Source: Geosiphon pyriformis uo1
Lineage: Eukaryota > Fungi > Glomeromycota
DNA length: 64,000 nt
Assembly: GCA_016748015.1 (NCBI GenBank)
Contig: JAAOMT010000690.1
Location: forward strand, 124,001-188,000
Reading direction: 5' to 3'
Positions 40,344 to 53,169 of this stretch are shown here, piece by piece. Every line of letters begins with the position of its first letter. Within the stretch, counting starts at the first letter, position 1. The notes beneath the pieces are model-generated. The model made no database searches, was not told the DNA's origin, and worked only from the letters and a program-made list of their open reading frames with translations. A program made the position numbers and the translations under genes.

Positions 40344-41162
40344 TTATTACAAATAATTCTATAAAATTATTGAATTTTTTGTAATTTGGTGTTTAAATTA
40401 GTTAATTTTTTAATTTAAAATTTTTTAAAAATTTAGTAATAAATTTCATTATATAATAGACAAAAATTTAATATTAATAGTGAGTAATATTTAATATCTG
40501 ATTTTTTTGCATAATAAATAGTTTATTTTAGTGTTTTTTATTTTTTTAGTAAATAATTCTAGTTTTTTTGACTATATTTTATGTTTTTTTTGGTATTTTT
40601 ACCAAACAATTTTTGATATTATTATTTTAATGCTTTTTTTAATTAATTAGTAAACACAAAACAAAACAAAACAAAAATAAATAAATAAAATAGAAAATTA
40701 ATATTTTCTTATTAGTTATAATTAAAAATTATTATTCTAATATTGTTAATGACTTTATATTGATATTATTAACATTAATAAAGAAGTAATTAAATTTTAA
40801 TAAAATAAATACAAACTTATAAAACTGTGTTTAGATAATATAATTTAATAAATTTATTTAAAATAATTATAGATTTTAAGTATTCAATTATTAACTATAG
40901 AAATTATTTAATAAAATAAAAATTAAACTTGTTTTTAATTTAATTTGTTTTTTCAGTTTTTAATATTTTTGCTATATATATATTAATCTTTATAATATAA
41001 AACTTCTAAAATTTTTAAAATTTTTGGCATTTTTAAAATCTTTAATATTCTTATTAATATTTTTAAAATTTTTAATATTATATGTTTTAATAATTTATAT
41101 TTTGTTATTAAATATTTATAATATATATATATATTTTTTGTTTTATTTTACAAATAATAATA
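40344..41162 (-). repeat. LTR copy 4 (heavily decayed, inverted relative to copy 3)
   Basis: The reverse complement of 40690-40740 matches the conserved LTR block. It is preceded on the minus strand by GAGCTTAATATTAAAAAA, as in copies 1 and 2. Confidence 0.6.
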
Positions 41163-44100
41163 TATATTTTTTTAATATTAAGCTCTAATAAAATTTTCTA
41201 AATTTTTTTTTGAATAAATTTTAGTATTTTTTTATTATTATAATATTAAAATTTTTGTTTTTAGTTTTTAAACTAAAAATTGATTATTTTTTTTAGTTGT
41301 TTTTATAATTGAATATAATAATATTTTGTTGTATTATATATAGTCAATATATTGTTTTTAAATAGATTATTAAGTTGTTTTTTTAATAAAATGTTTTATT
41401 TGTTGTATTATTTTTTTATCAAATACTTTCTTAAATCTGTTGGTATACAATTTTCAAATATTTAGTTATTAGTTCAAATAATAATAATAATATATTATTA
41501 AAAATTGTTTTTTTTTCAATTTTTCTAGTTATTTTTTATTAGTTTTTTAGATTAAACAATTATTAATGTATTTTTAAAAATTTTTTTTTATTTTTCAATA
41601 ATTTTTTTTAGTAATTGTCTATTTATATTTATAGTTTATTATATAAAACTATTTGAATTATTTTTTTTATATGTTTTTATAATAAATTATTTAACTGCTA
41701 ACTGTTATTTTTATGTTTAAATTTTTATTTTTTAAAACTTAAAATAGTTATTAAACATTTAAGTAAATATTATTCATAATTTTTATTTTTTTGGTTGTTT
41801 TATTAAATATATTTTTTTTTATTAATAATATTATTGTTTTATTATATATTAATTTAAATAATATTATTTGAATTATATCTTGTTTTCTTGTTTAATAAGT
41901 AAATAATACTAATAATATAAACAAATTCTATTTTTTTTGGTTTTTTTGGTTAATTTTAACTAATATTTTACACAAAATTTTATTAAATTATTTAACTAAA
42001 TTATTTGTTTGAAAATAATATAATAATAATAATAGTTTTTTTACTTTAAATTTTTTATTTAATTTAGTTAATGTTTTATTTTTAAAGTGAATTTTTTAAT
42101 TAAATAGCAATTTTTTTAAATATTTATGTTAATATATTAAGTTTTAATATACAAATTTTGTTACTAACTTAGTATTAGCTTTTTAAATAATTCTAACTTC
42201 TAGTTATTTAATAAAATAATTTATAATAATAGTAATATATTTGTTGTTTTTAGTTATTATAAATAATAATTTAATTAAATCAATTTTAAATCAATTAAAT
42301 AATTGTTTAATTTTAATTAATCTTAATAATTTACTTAGTCTTATTTTTTTTTGGTAAGTATTTTAATTTTGTATATATTATTTTGTATTTAGATATATTA
42401 TTAACTAATAATACAGTTTTTTGGTTTTTTTAAGTATTAATTTTTTATTAAAATATTTTGTTATTAAATCTAAATACATATTAAACAAGATTATTTTTTT
42501 TATTTTACTATTATTTTTAATAGATTACTTAATTTTTATTATATAATAAGTTTTAGTAAATAATATAATATCTAATTTGCTGATGTATTCTATTTTGTTT
42601 ATTTTAAGATAATTTTTTCTTAAATTATTTAATTTTAATATAATGTAATAATTATTAATAATTTTTATTGTTTATTTTAATATTTTGTTAATGTTTTTGG
42701 TTTTATAGTTATCTTATTTATAATAAACTATTATTGATTTTTTTTTGTAATGTATTTTGTATTTAAATAATAAGAATATAGTTTTTTATTTGATATTTTT
42801 ATTGTTAATCAACTTATTTTTTTGTAGTAATATTAATTTTTTATAATTAATATAAACATCAAATTTTTGATGAAAATTTTATTATTATTTAATATATTGT
42901 TAAGTATTTTAGTATTAAAGTTATATAATTTTATTTAGTTAAATTTAAGCTTTAATTAATATATACTATTAGATGTTTTTATTTATCTGATTTTTATTAT
43001 AATAATATTGTTTTTAATACTGTTTTAAATATATTAATAGTAATTATAAATTGCTTATTGTGGTTTAAATATATTAAAACTAGTATTTGAATTAACTTTT
43101 GTCTTGATTTTTTAAAAGTTTATTATTATATATTTATATATATATTATGTATTTTTAGTTTAAAGTTAATAAAATAATTGAAATATTGTTAAAAAATTCT
43201 AAATAAATTATTAATAATATTTTGTTAATTCCAAAATTTTTTTCAATTCTATTAAGTTTTTAGGTCTTAAAAATTTCTTAATCTTCTTAATTTTATTTGA
43301 ATTTATGTTAAATTTTAGTTTAACTTATTATAATTATTTAAATACTTATTATAAATAATATATATGTTTATTAAAAATTTTTAAAAACATATTAATATTA
43401 TTTAGATAAACTATTATTGATTTTATAATATATTTAAATATATAATTTTTATTAGCTATTAAAATATGACCAATATATCAATTAAACTAAATAATATTAT
43501 ATTAAATTCAAAGTTTTTTTATATGATAAATAATATTTTCTTTTTATTATTTAGATTTATAACTATTTGTTAATAATTATTGTCTAAATTTAATATAAAA
43601 AACTATTTTTTTTTATTAAATAATTATCATTGTAAGTAATACTGTTAAGCTTATAATAGTTTATACAAAATTGAGTTTTTTTATTTTTTTTCTGAATTAA
43701 TATTCCTAATAATAACTATAAACTTATAAATAAATAAATAATTTATTATCTAATATTTAATTAATTTTTTTCTAAATAATTTTATAATTGGTTAGTAGTA
43801 TTTAATATGTGTTTTGTTTAATTAACATAGTATTTTTAGTTTTTATTTTGTGTTAAATAAGATTTGTTTTTTTAAATTTATTTTTATTTACAAACATATT
43901 AGCATATTAATTAAGCAATATTTGGAATTATATTTTTTGTAATTGGTCTAGGTTTTTCAAGTTTATTTTTTCTAATTGTTCTGATTGAAATAAATAATAT
44001 TTTTTTTGGCCCAAATTTCTAATGTAAAATCTATATATTTACATAATTGGATAAAGTTTAAAACATTTATTAATAACTAATCTTTAATTTTTAAACTTAA

Positions 44101-44329
44101 ATATTCAATAAAATATTAACAAAAATTTCTATATAGTCTTTAGTGTAAATTATAATTCTAATATTTTTGTAATTTTTAATTAATATATATGTTAATAATA
44201 GTAATAGTTTTATCTTAAGAAATTTTTGGTTTTGTTTCAAAAATCTGAAGCTAATTTTGGATTTTTCGAAATATTTTCAACAGATTTTAATAATATAATT
44301 AGTAAAGATAATTTCTTTTTAATTAGTAG

Positions 44330-44680
44330 TTTTTTTTGTAAATCCAAATTTATTAATTTTTTTTACAGTTATTTTTGATTTCTTTTTTATTTTTATTAAA
44401 CTAGTTAAATTATTTTAACCAAAAGTAAAAATATAATCTGTGCTATCTTTTTTTTTGATTTTTTTCAAATTATTTTGTAATATAATAATAATTTTTTATA
44501 TATATTTTGTGTTAATTATTCTTTTTTTATAGTAATTTCTTTTTTTTTGCTAGATTAAATCTAGATTCTAACTAAAATATTGTAATTGTTAAGACTTTTA
44601 ATGCTATTTTCAAATTTATATTGATAAAAAAGTTTGTTCAAAGTATTTTAAATTAAATCTAATATTTGTATTATGTGTTC
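44330..44680 (-). pseudogene. dUTPase domain remnant with all five motifs
   Basis: HNTNIRFNLKY (I), LESRFNLAKK (II), RIINTKYI (III, GIID.GY), KIAQII (IV) and KINKFGFTK (V, RG..GFGSTG), in the correct order. Confidence 0.7.
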
Positions 44681-47600
44681 TTTTGGGAATAATATCTTTG
44701 TTATTTTTGCTAAACCATTTTAATTTCTGCTTTTTTAATAAATTAGAAAATACAATATATTATTTAGTATTAAAAATGGTGTTTGAATTTTTGTTAGATT
44801 TAAAAGCAGTATTTAAATTAGAATTAAACTCTGATTCTAATTTTTTGGCATTACTGATTAGTTTATTAATCTTGAAGATTAAATAAATAATATCTAGTAA
44901 TAGATTGTAAACAAAATTACAATTATTACAATATTTAAAATAATATAAAATAAGGCAATATTTACAAAGTTGAATGTTAAAACTAACAAGTTTTTGATTT
45001 TGTTTTTTTTTAGTTGATATTAGCAATTGGTAATATTTATTAAATTTTACTGAATTGTTTAATAAAATAAAAAATAATTTTTTTATAAGATATTTAACAG
45101 ATATATTTTTAATAACATAAAGTTTTTTAATTATAGTACGATTTTATTTAATGATTATCATTTTTCAAATCTTGTTTTTGTCATGTAAATAATTTTTTAA
45201 ATGTAAAAAAACACAATTATAAGTGATTTATATTGGAGTTCTTTTATATATAATAATACTACTTGCTAATTTACTATTAAGAATAAGCTTAATAAGTTGG
45301 CTATTAACTTTAATATTTGTGTATATGATAGTAATAGATCTGTTAGAGTTTAAAACTACTTTACTAAAAAAAAAATTTTAGTTTTTTTTTTAGTTTAAAT
45401 AAAAAAATAGCAGTAAGAATACTGTTTTTAGTGATAATTGAAGGTGAAATAATGTTGTTGCTATTGTTGGGTTGCTGACTTTTGGTTGTAATAAGAAGAC
45501 TTAAATAATTCTGAGAATTTGAAAATAATGACTGTGTATTTTCCGAATTTCAGATATAATTCTTTAATTATTAATAATATTATTAAAAATTATCTAATAA
45601 ATAATCATTGCTGATCACCAGTTCTGCTAAATAGTTCTTGATTTTGGGTTTTGAGTTTAAGTCAAAAATTATGTTTGTGGCTATAATTGTAATATTAGTC
45701 TTCATAATTGTAATTGGTAGGCAATTTGTGGTTGTAATTGGAAATAAGATAAATAAATTGGCTGTAATTCGAGTTGTTGTTGTAATACAGACACATAATA
45801 TTAGAATGGTTAATATTATTCTTGTAGAGCTCTAAATCTATAGTTCAGGGTTTGAAATACACCAAATAAAATACTATTTAAAAATATTTCGAAAAAGAAA
45901 AAAGTTGTTTTTTATTACTTTGGATTTTAGTCATTAGAACAGATAAGAAAAGATTGACAGTGAGAAATAGCATTTTGCTACTAATTTAAAGTTGAAAACT
46001 CTGAAGTTTTTTACAGTAGTAGCAGTTACACTAAGACTGTTCTTGGTGTACTGTTTTAAAAGAATTTTAAAAAAGAAAATACTTTTAACTAAAGACAAAA
46101 AAAGTGTTTTTTAGCAATTAAAAGCCATTTTGTTTTTTTATTATTTAGAAAAAGCATTCTACAAAGTTGTGACCATAAAAATGTGAAAAAAGAGTTTTTT
46201 GTAAGTTTATTTCAAAGTAATCTTAATAATTATTTTAAAGAATAAGAAAATGTAAAAAATACAGAAAATATTTAATTATAAGAAATTACAAAAATTAATT
46301 TCAATAAAGTATTGTATAAAGTCATTTTAATTAACTTTATTTGTAGATTATAATAAATTTTTATTTAGAAATAATAAAAATATAATTTAAAATAGTTAAT
46401 TTTGATGCGCTTTTTTAATTTTTTATGAAATAGATGTAATTGACTTTTTAATCACATTATTTTAGTTTTAAAAAATATAACATAAAAAATACAAAGACTT
46501 TTTAATAAATGATCTTTGGTAAACTTACTTTTTAGATATTAAAAAATATAAAATCATTATTCATTAAATAAATTAAAAAATAATAAAATTCAATTTTCTT
46601 TAATAAATATTGTATTTATAAATTAATTGTTTGTATCAAATTTAAAAGTAGCTGTTTAAATAATTAAAACTTATATAAATACTTATTGTTATATAATTCC
46701 AAATTACATTTAAAACTAGAGTTGTTAATTTTAATATGGAACATGTAACTGTTGGATGTATTTAAATCACCCCGTAAGCATTTTTAAAAAAATTACAAAT
46801 TAAAATACAAATTAACAAATCTATTATACTGTAAGTATTTTTCATTAAAATTAAATCAAATAATAAAAGAATACTAAAAATTTAATATGCAATTATTAAA
46901 GAAATTATCACTAATAAAAAGTCATACTAAAATTGTTGTTTTTATATAATTTCAAAATTAAACCCATTAAAATTTAATTTGATAATTTTTCAAATTTAAA
47001 AAGTTACTTTTTCGTGTATCACTGATATTAACATAAATAGATATTATTTTATCAACTCATTATGACAAAATTCTTCAAGATAATTTTTTAAGAAATGTAA
47101 TGAAAGTTTTTCTTAAGAAATACATAAATGAATAATTTCCAAAGGATTCTTTCTCAAGTAGGTTATTACAAATCAGAGGGTGTAGCTCTGAATTCCTTGA
47201 ATTTAAGTTCCACATTTCTATGTTAAACTATTTATGATTAAACTGGGAATTCGTTTCGAATTTTAAAAAAGCGTATATCTGAGATAAAACATTCAACTTT
47301 TTATGATACGAGATAAACTACTCCTGAAGTTTGGTATTCGATTACCCTAAATATTGTGATTTTCTCATCAATGAAACTTTTTGGTGAGATTATCAGTCAC
47401 CTGCGGATTTATTATACTTCAAACCAAATTAAAAAAAAACCAATGAGTGATCTGTGTTGTGTTTTACTCGCAATCTTCACTCTGATATCTTTTCTTAATA
47501 TTTCACCAAATTTTTCTTTGAATAGCTGATCACTATTTAAATTTTCTCCCAGAACTCAACTTACGATGAATCTAGAAATAGTTAACCGCGAAAATTCCTA

Positions 47601-48035
47601 TCCTTCGTTGCTCTCATTGTCTTTTATATTTCAAAAGTTAAATTTCCCGAATAAATCTTAATTCTCATTGTCTTTGAGGACATTTCCAAACATTATCCTT
47701 GTACCCTGTCAGTTTGTTTGACAATCGAAACAGAAATATCAAATCCTTGCATAAATAAACTCTAAATCACGAAAAAGGGTCTCGGAGGCGGGTTAGGCTT
47801 TGTACCGAATTGCTCGTCATTGGATTTGCAAAATCAATACATGAATTGATCGCTTGGATAAAGTTTGGGAATTTTTTTGGTCTATATAAATACATATTTC
47901 ACTTACCTGTATTTTGGCATATTATTTTAACTAGCATTAAAAATATCTCCATCAAATTTGACCTCAAGACTAAATTCAGAATATTTAGACCAAAGAGGCT
48001 TTGTTCATTATTTCTGCTATTATCAAAATTACATT

Positions 48036-49526
48036 ATGCAAAAAGTGAAATTTCTGGAGTTACCTCAAAATAAAGAGTACAACCCTGGCGATATTGGATT
48101 TGTGCTTCTGTCCGCGACATTGGTGTTTTTAATGGTGCCCGGAGTTGGATACTTTTATAGTGGGATGGCACGGAGTAAAAACGCATTATCTATGATTTTG
48201 TTGAGCGTTTTGTGTGTTGCGGTGGTTTCTTTACAGGTCATATCAACCAATAAAAATTAATTGTAATAAAATTATATTTATTTATTTTACTCAACTTCAA
48301 TTCCCTCTAAAACTATTTAGTGGTGGCTGATGGGCTATAGCCTTGTCTATAGTCAAAGTGGAGGTAGATTTATTGGGAATTTTGAACACGCTTTCCTAAA
48401 CTATGTCGAGGGCAATAAGTCAGTTCTCAGCGACAAAATTCCAGAGTTAGTTTTTGCATTCTATCAGTTGATGCTTGCAGCAGTAACACCAGCTTTAGCA
48501 ATAGGAGCAGCGGCTGAACGCAGTCGTCTTCTACCAACCGTAATCTTTATTTTTATTTGGACGACTCTTGTGTATGATGTAATTGCTTATTGGACATGGT
48601 CCCCAAACGGTTGGATTAAAAAGTTCGGAACTATTGATTTTGCTGGCGGCATACCAGTTCATATTACATCGGGTGCATCTGCCTTAGCCTATTGTATAAT
48701 GATTGGAAAACGTCATGGTCATGGAACTGAAGAATTTAGACCTCATAATGTTTCGAACATTGCCCTCGGGACAGTTTTCATGTGGTTTGGATGGTTTGGA
48801 TTTAATGGAGGGTCGGCTCACTCTGCCAATCTGCGTGCTGCAAACGCTATCTTTGTTGCTAATTTAGCAGCTGGTGTTGGTGGATTAACTTGGATGTTTT
48901 TAGATTTCCGAATTGAAAGGAAATTATCAACTCTTAGTTTCTGTTCTGGGGTGATTGCTGGTTTGGTAACCATCACTCCTGCGTCAGGATACGTCAGTCC
49001 ATCATCTGCTATTTTATTCGGAATCGTGGGTGGTGTTTGTTGCAATCTGGGCGTGAGGTTGAAACAAATTTTTCAATTTGATGATGCATTAGATGTTTTC
49101 GCAGTTCATGGTGTTGGTGGAACAATCGGAAATTTACTTACAGGAGTTTTTGCTCAAAAATCTATTGCCTTCTATGGTATGTCGGAAAAAATTGAGGGTG
49201 GATGGGTTGATAAACACTGGATTCAACTGGGATATCAATTTGTTGGATCTCTCGCTGGCCTGGCATACTCTTTCAGTGTGACCTATATTATTCTTTTTTT
49301 CATGAATAAGGTTCCAGGACTTAACCTTCGAATCGATGCTGAGTCAGAGAAACAGGGTGTTGACGTTTCAGATATTGGTGAAGTGGCATACTATCATGTG
49401 TCTCAATTTGTCTCTGGCAATCCAAAAACAGGGCAACTGAGGCCAGTTCAAGATTCAGAGCTGATCTTTCAAAGCAAAGAGGTAGATAACGGCAGACAAG
49501 AGTCTCTATCTTTTTCGCATTATTAG
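48036..49526 (+). CDS. AMT: Ammonium transporter (Amt/Mep family); exons 48036-48236 and 48321-49526 (~468 aa)
   Basis: LVFLMVPG..YFYSG, AERSR, DFAGG.PVH, FMWFGWFGFNGGS, GLVTITP, DDALDVFAVHGVGG. Both pore histidines are present and the GT-AG intron is in frame. Confidence 0.95.
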
Positions 49527-50267
49527 TATAAGAATTTTCGATTTTAATTGGTTAGTGTGAAGGTTTTTTAAGAGGACTGGGGTGCATTCGAAGAGAATTA
49601 ACATTTTTTTGCATAATTTTTTCATAGTAGAGAAGATTGTAAATTTATTATCAATATGAAACTTTTGAAATATTTATTAATTAAATAACCAGATTAAATT
49701 GAAACTATATCTCTAATTCAAAATAAATATCAAGCTTTAGGACAGAAGTCCAATCCATACAAGCGGGATCCACAAAATTAGATACACAGTTAACTAATTC
49801 ATATAGCTTTTACTTTTAACTATACTGACAAAATTGAGTTGAAGAAGCCTTTGACTGTGTAATTCCTGAATTCACTCACTAATGTGGAAGAAATCAGATT
49901 TGCTACTATATTTAATAATGGTAACTTTCTATTCAATATCAAAATGTAAACGGAAGTTTAGAGAAATATAAAAGTAAAGTATAATTATTTTTCTTTTTCA
50001 ATTAAAATTTTTTTACCTTGCAAAGGACTTTTGTATTTTGGTAGCAGTTTTTGGGCTTAAATTCTTCTGTGTAAGGATTTCTTATAGACATGTGGATAAA
50101 AAAATTTAAAAATGTCAACGTATAAAGTCGGTTTTTCATGGAATGCTCAAAATCTGAAGCTGTAGAAGATTTGAGTCTAATTTTTTAAATTTGAGATCCA
50201 AAAGTCATGAGAGTAAAAATTTTCAGACTTTTTGCACGATAAATTGATAGTTTTATTTATTGTATGA

Positions 50268-51235
50268 GAAAACCCTATAAAATGAATCTGAGTTCATTAA
50301 TATTCAATATTCTATAAGCTTTCATTCCCAAATTATAAGTTAAGATCGGAATAGGCTAAAATATTATTGAATTGGAATAATAAAAGGCTCTGATGAATGT
50401 TCGACCCTTAACAATATTGAGATCGTCTTGGATAGCAAATTTATATCAAGAAAAGTCTCATTGCCGATTGAAGAGGAGTTGTGTATGAAACTCTGTTGCA
50501 ATCTTATATTTTGAGCGTTATTTCAAATCCGTCTAAAAGAGAGGAAAATATTATTGTTGTCGAGAATGCATCGAGAATCAACGACGATATTGTTCTTTCC
50601 TTAAGCGATGATGAGTAATGGTTATGGAAGCTGAGGTTTAATAGGCACTTGAAAGATAGAGAAATCGTTGATGGTCGATATTGGTATTGGTGTTTGACAA
50701 TAAATCTTGTTTGAGAAATTAACCTCGAAATATGGCCTAAGGATAGGGTTTTATCTGGTTTATAGATATCTTTGTGCATGCTCATAGAAATATTAGAATG
50801 TATTTCTTGGTTGTGGGGGGATGGATGAGGTATTATTAAATTTTAAAGTAAAGGTAAGATTATAAAGTAGTTCTATCTTTTAGGCGTTATAGTGTTGCAA
50901 TAAAAACTATAAGCTAACATTTGCCTCGGAAGCTTATATCCCGCTGAGAACGAGATTTATTTATAAACATCTTGTACAATTGTAGAACAAATTGTATTAG
51001 AATTCTCCCCGATATTCTGTTGCAAACGCACATTCCCACTATTGACTTAAATGGTGACGAGGAGCCACTAAACACATAATCACAACTAGCTTCTAAGTTT
51101 TGTTATGGTGGTAGAGGCGGAATTACAACACTGTTATTTCTTTCGGCTGGTGTAGTCATCTTCAAAGTAAAGAAACAATCAAAGAGTTTTTGCAAATTTT
51201 TATATTAAGGGTGTCTTTTTAGCAGATGAATTCTT
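50268..51235 (-). repeat. Duplicated block, copy A (direct repeat of 55555-56497); contains a probable MATA-HMG-box pseudogene (ATG 51159)
   Basis: Long near-identical stretches shared with 55555-56497. The minus strand gives IPPQPRNTF / HKDIYKPDKTLSLGHISRLISQ. Confidence 0.75.
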
Positions 51236-51591
51236 GAGGAATCAATATACGGTGTTTATATAGTTTCTTTGCTAACTCGGATCAAAAACTCCTTGACTTT
51301 TCCTCGTCTAAATATTTTGAATAGCCTAACCCGCTTACGGAATAAGAAAGCATTTAGTTAATTGGAATTCATTTTATATTTCTTGGAAACTTCACAAGAA
51401 GTATTCTAAGAGAATCCGTTATTTTTCGGCTGAAGAACATTAAATCTCATTTAGGGGTGCAATTCACTATGGTTGGTTCTTTAATTTATTTGGCTTTCCC
51501 CACCTTTTAACCAATAAACTAATGTAGCTTTATTATCGTGAACATATTTCATCGTAGCTTCACACCTTTAAAATGGGTTGTTCGATAAACA

Positions 51592-52254
51592 CACAAAGTC
51601 ATGGTATCACCCGAGAAATTTATTTTAGATATCATGTCGACGATTGAGGATAAATAAATAAATTAAATCTTGCGTCAAAGATTTATTTTTGTACATACAT
51701 CAATCAATATAAACTAGATTTTCAGGTCTGATTTTTTTTTGTAACCGAATATGCATTTATTCTACTCATTCACGAATACGCGTGCAGATATGGTTACAAT
51801 AAACGATTATGTTATGCTTCTATTACGTTACCATGTATTCTATTGGGCATGGATTCAATAAGTAGAAATAAGATGAACAATTTTTCTTTCATCACATTTA
51901 GTTAACACCTTCTCAAGAAGTATATATTATTACGTACTTTTCACTGGAAATATGGGTCATAATAATTCTTTTATGACAAAAAGATTGTTAATTCATTTCT
52001 GATATAAAAAAGTTAAAGAAAAAAATTTATCACTTGAATCATTTGTATTAAGATAATCTGAAATGTGCACCAAAAACCATTTGAGAAACGCGACCACCTT
52101 GAGCAAACTTATTGTTTTAGTAATCGATAAGTGTCTTAAAATAGTTAATTACGAAATGTATCATTATTATGCGATTTTCAATTCAATCTTAAAAATCATA
52201 ATTAAATTTTAGTAAAATTTTCTCGGGTGATACAATGACTTTTGTGAGCCACTG
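51592..52254. mobile_element. Tc1/mariner-type MITE or deleted element
   Basis: ~30-bp inverted repeats: CACAAAGTCATGGTATCACCCGAGAAATTT (51592-51621) and its complement at 52215-52246. The right end reads TA|CAGTGGCTCACAAAAG on the minus strand, a Tc1-like TIR with TA. The left terminus is degraded. Confidence 0.65.
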
Positions 52255-52651
52255 TAGAGATTATACCAAGTTAGAATTACAGAAAATAATTTATCTTTAA
52301 CCAACCCAATTTTTCTTGTTAGATCGTATTGAAAGTTTCTGCAGTGTATTCCATGTAAAAACTTTGAATTTTTATTTTTATTATGTGTTTTAAAGATGTA
52401 ATGTGAATGCTTATTTCTGTCATTTTAAACCTTAAAGTTTGGATTAATTTAAACTTTAAATCTGATAAAATGCTTAGTATCACAAAACACAGTTTACTAT
52501 CTAAAAGTTTAAACTAAATCTGACCCTGGACTATTTATATCACTTTCGACGAACATTTCGAGTTTACATGGAATTCGACTGATCATATTGAAAAAAAAGA
52601 GCTGAAATCACATAAATAAAAATGGTCAAAAAGTTGATCCCCCAAAACTAT

Positions 52652-53160
52652 TGTTACAGTTGAAACTTTTATCAGCCATAGTTAGCTACATGTATTAGCC
52701 GCCCTATTTTTAGAATTAGTCGTTGATGTGATCATTGACTTGATCAATGGCTTGATCATTGACTTGATCAATGACTTGTTCATTGACTCGATCATTGACC
52801 GAATCATTGATGTGATCACTGACCTGATCATTGATCCCTTAATAGTATATAAGCGAGACCTTCCAAAGCTGTAGAAAGCAGAGTTCAAGACAAGAATTCA
52901 CACTCGGATCAATACAACTATATCAACTCATTTATTTCCTTTTCACTATTTCTTTTTCCCTTTGATTTGTATAATTGTTAGTTTCTGTGAAGTATATTGA
53001 ATAAACGTTTACTGAAAAGTACAACTGATACCTGATATTGAATTCTGAGAGTGCTGATGTGAGGGATAGTATTATACCAATGTGTTATCTTTTGTTGACA
53101 GTACAGGCTATCCCTCTACCTTCAGATTCCCTTGTTACCTTTTGGAAAGAATAGTGACTG
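52652..53160 (+). repeat. Solo-LTR-like unit containing a 9 x 12-bp tandem array (52729-52836, consensus TGATCATTGACT)
   Basis: Starts TGTTACA, then the array, TATATAAG (~52847) and AATAAA (~53000), the same layout as LTR copy 1. The 3' terminus and TSD are not clear. The array itself is read directly. Confidence 0.5.
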
Positions 53161-53169
53161 AGATATTTA

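Larger units (their letters stand above)
40344..45840 (-). mobile_element. Near full-length, heavily decayed Ty3/Gypsy element: gag-PR-dUTPase-RT-RH-IN-3' region-LTR
   Basis: Minus-strand order: protease IKLILNSKLASSII (~45300-45255), CxxC linker, dUTPase (44680-44330), RT TQFCINYYKLN (~43680-43645) and IVYLNNIN (~43415-43391), integrase NNKYI...NYFIK (~42250), decayed PPT, LTR. Confidence 0.7.

Noticed and set aside
35400-44300. Organellar or endosymbiont (Mollicutes-like) insertion, or an alternative genetic code, suggested by extreme AT content
   Set aside because: The region aligns to Gypsy LTR, RT and integrase copies elsewhere in the window with transition-only decay.
47040-48030. Cluster of GATAA/TTATC sites upstream of AMT as a nitrogen-regulatory (AreA/Gln3-type) element
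   Set aside because: About eight sites in 1 kb is biologically plausible but not clearly above chance in DNA this AT-rich.
52729-52836. CRISPR-like array
   Set aside because: The units are contiguous 12-mers with no unique spacers and no cas genes, so this is a minisatellite.
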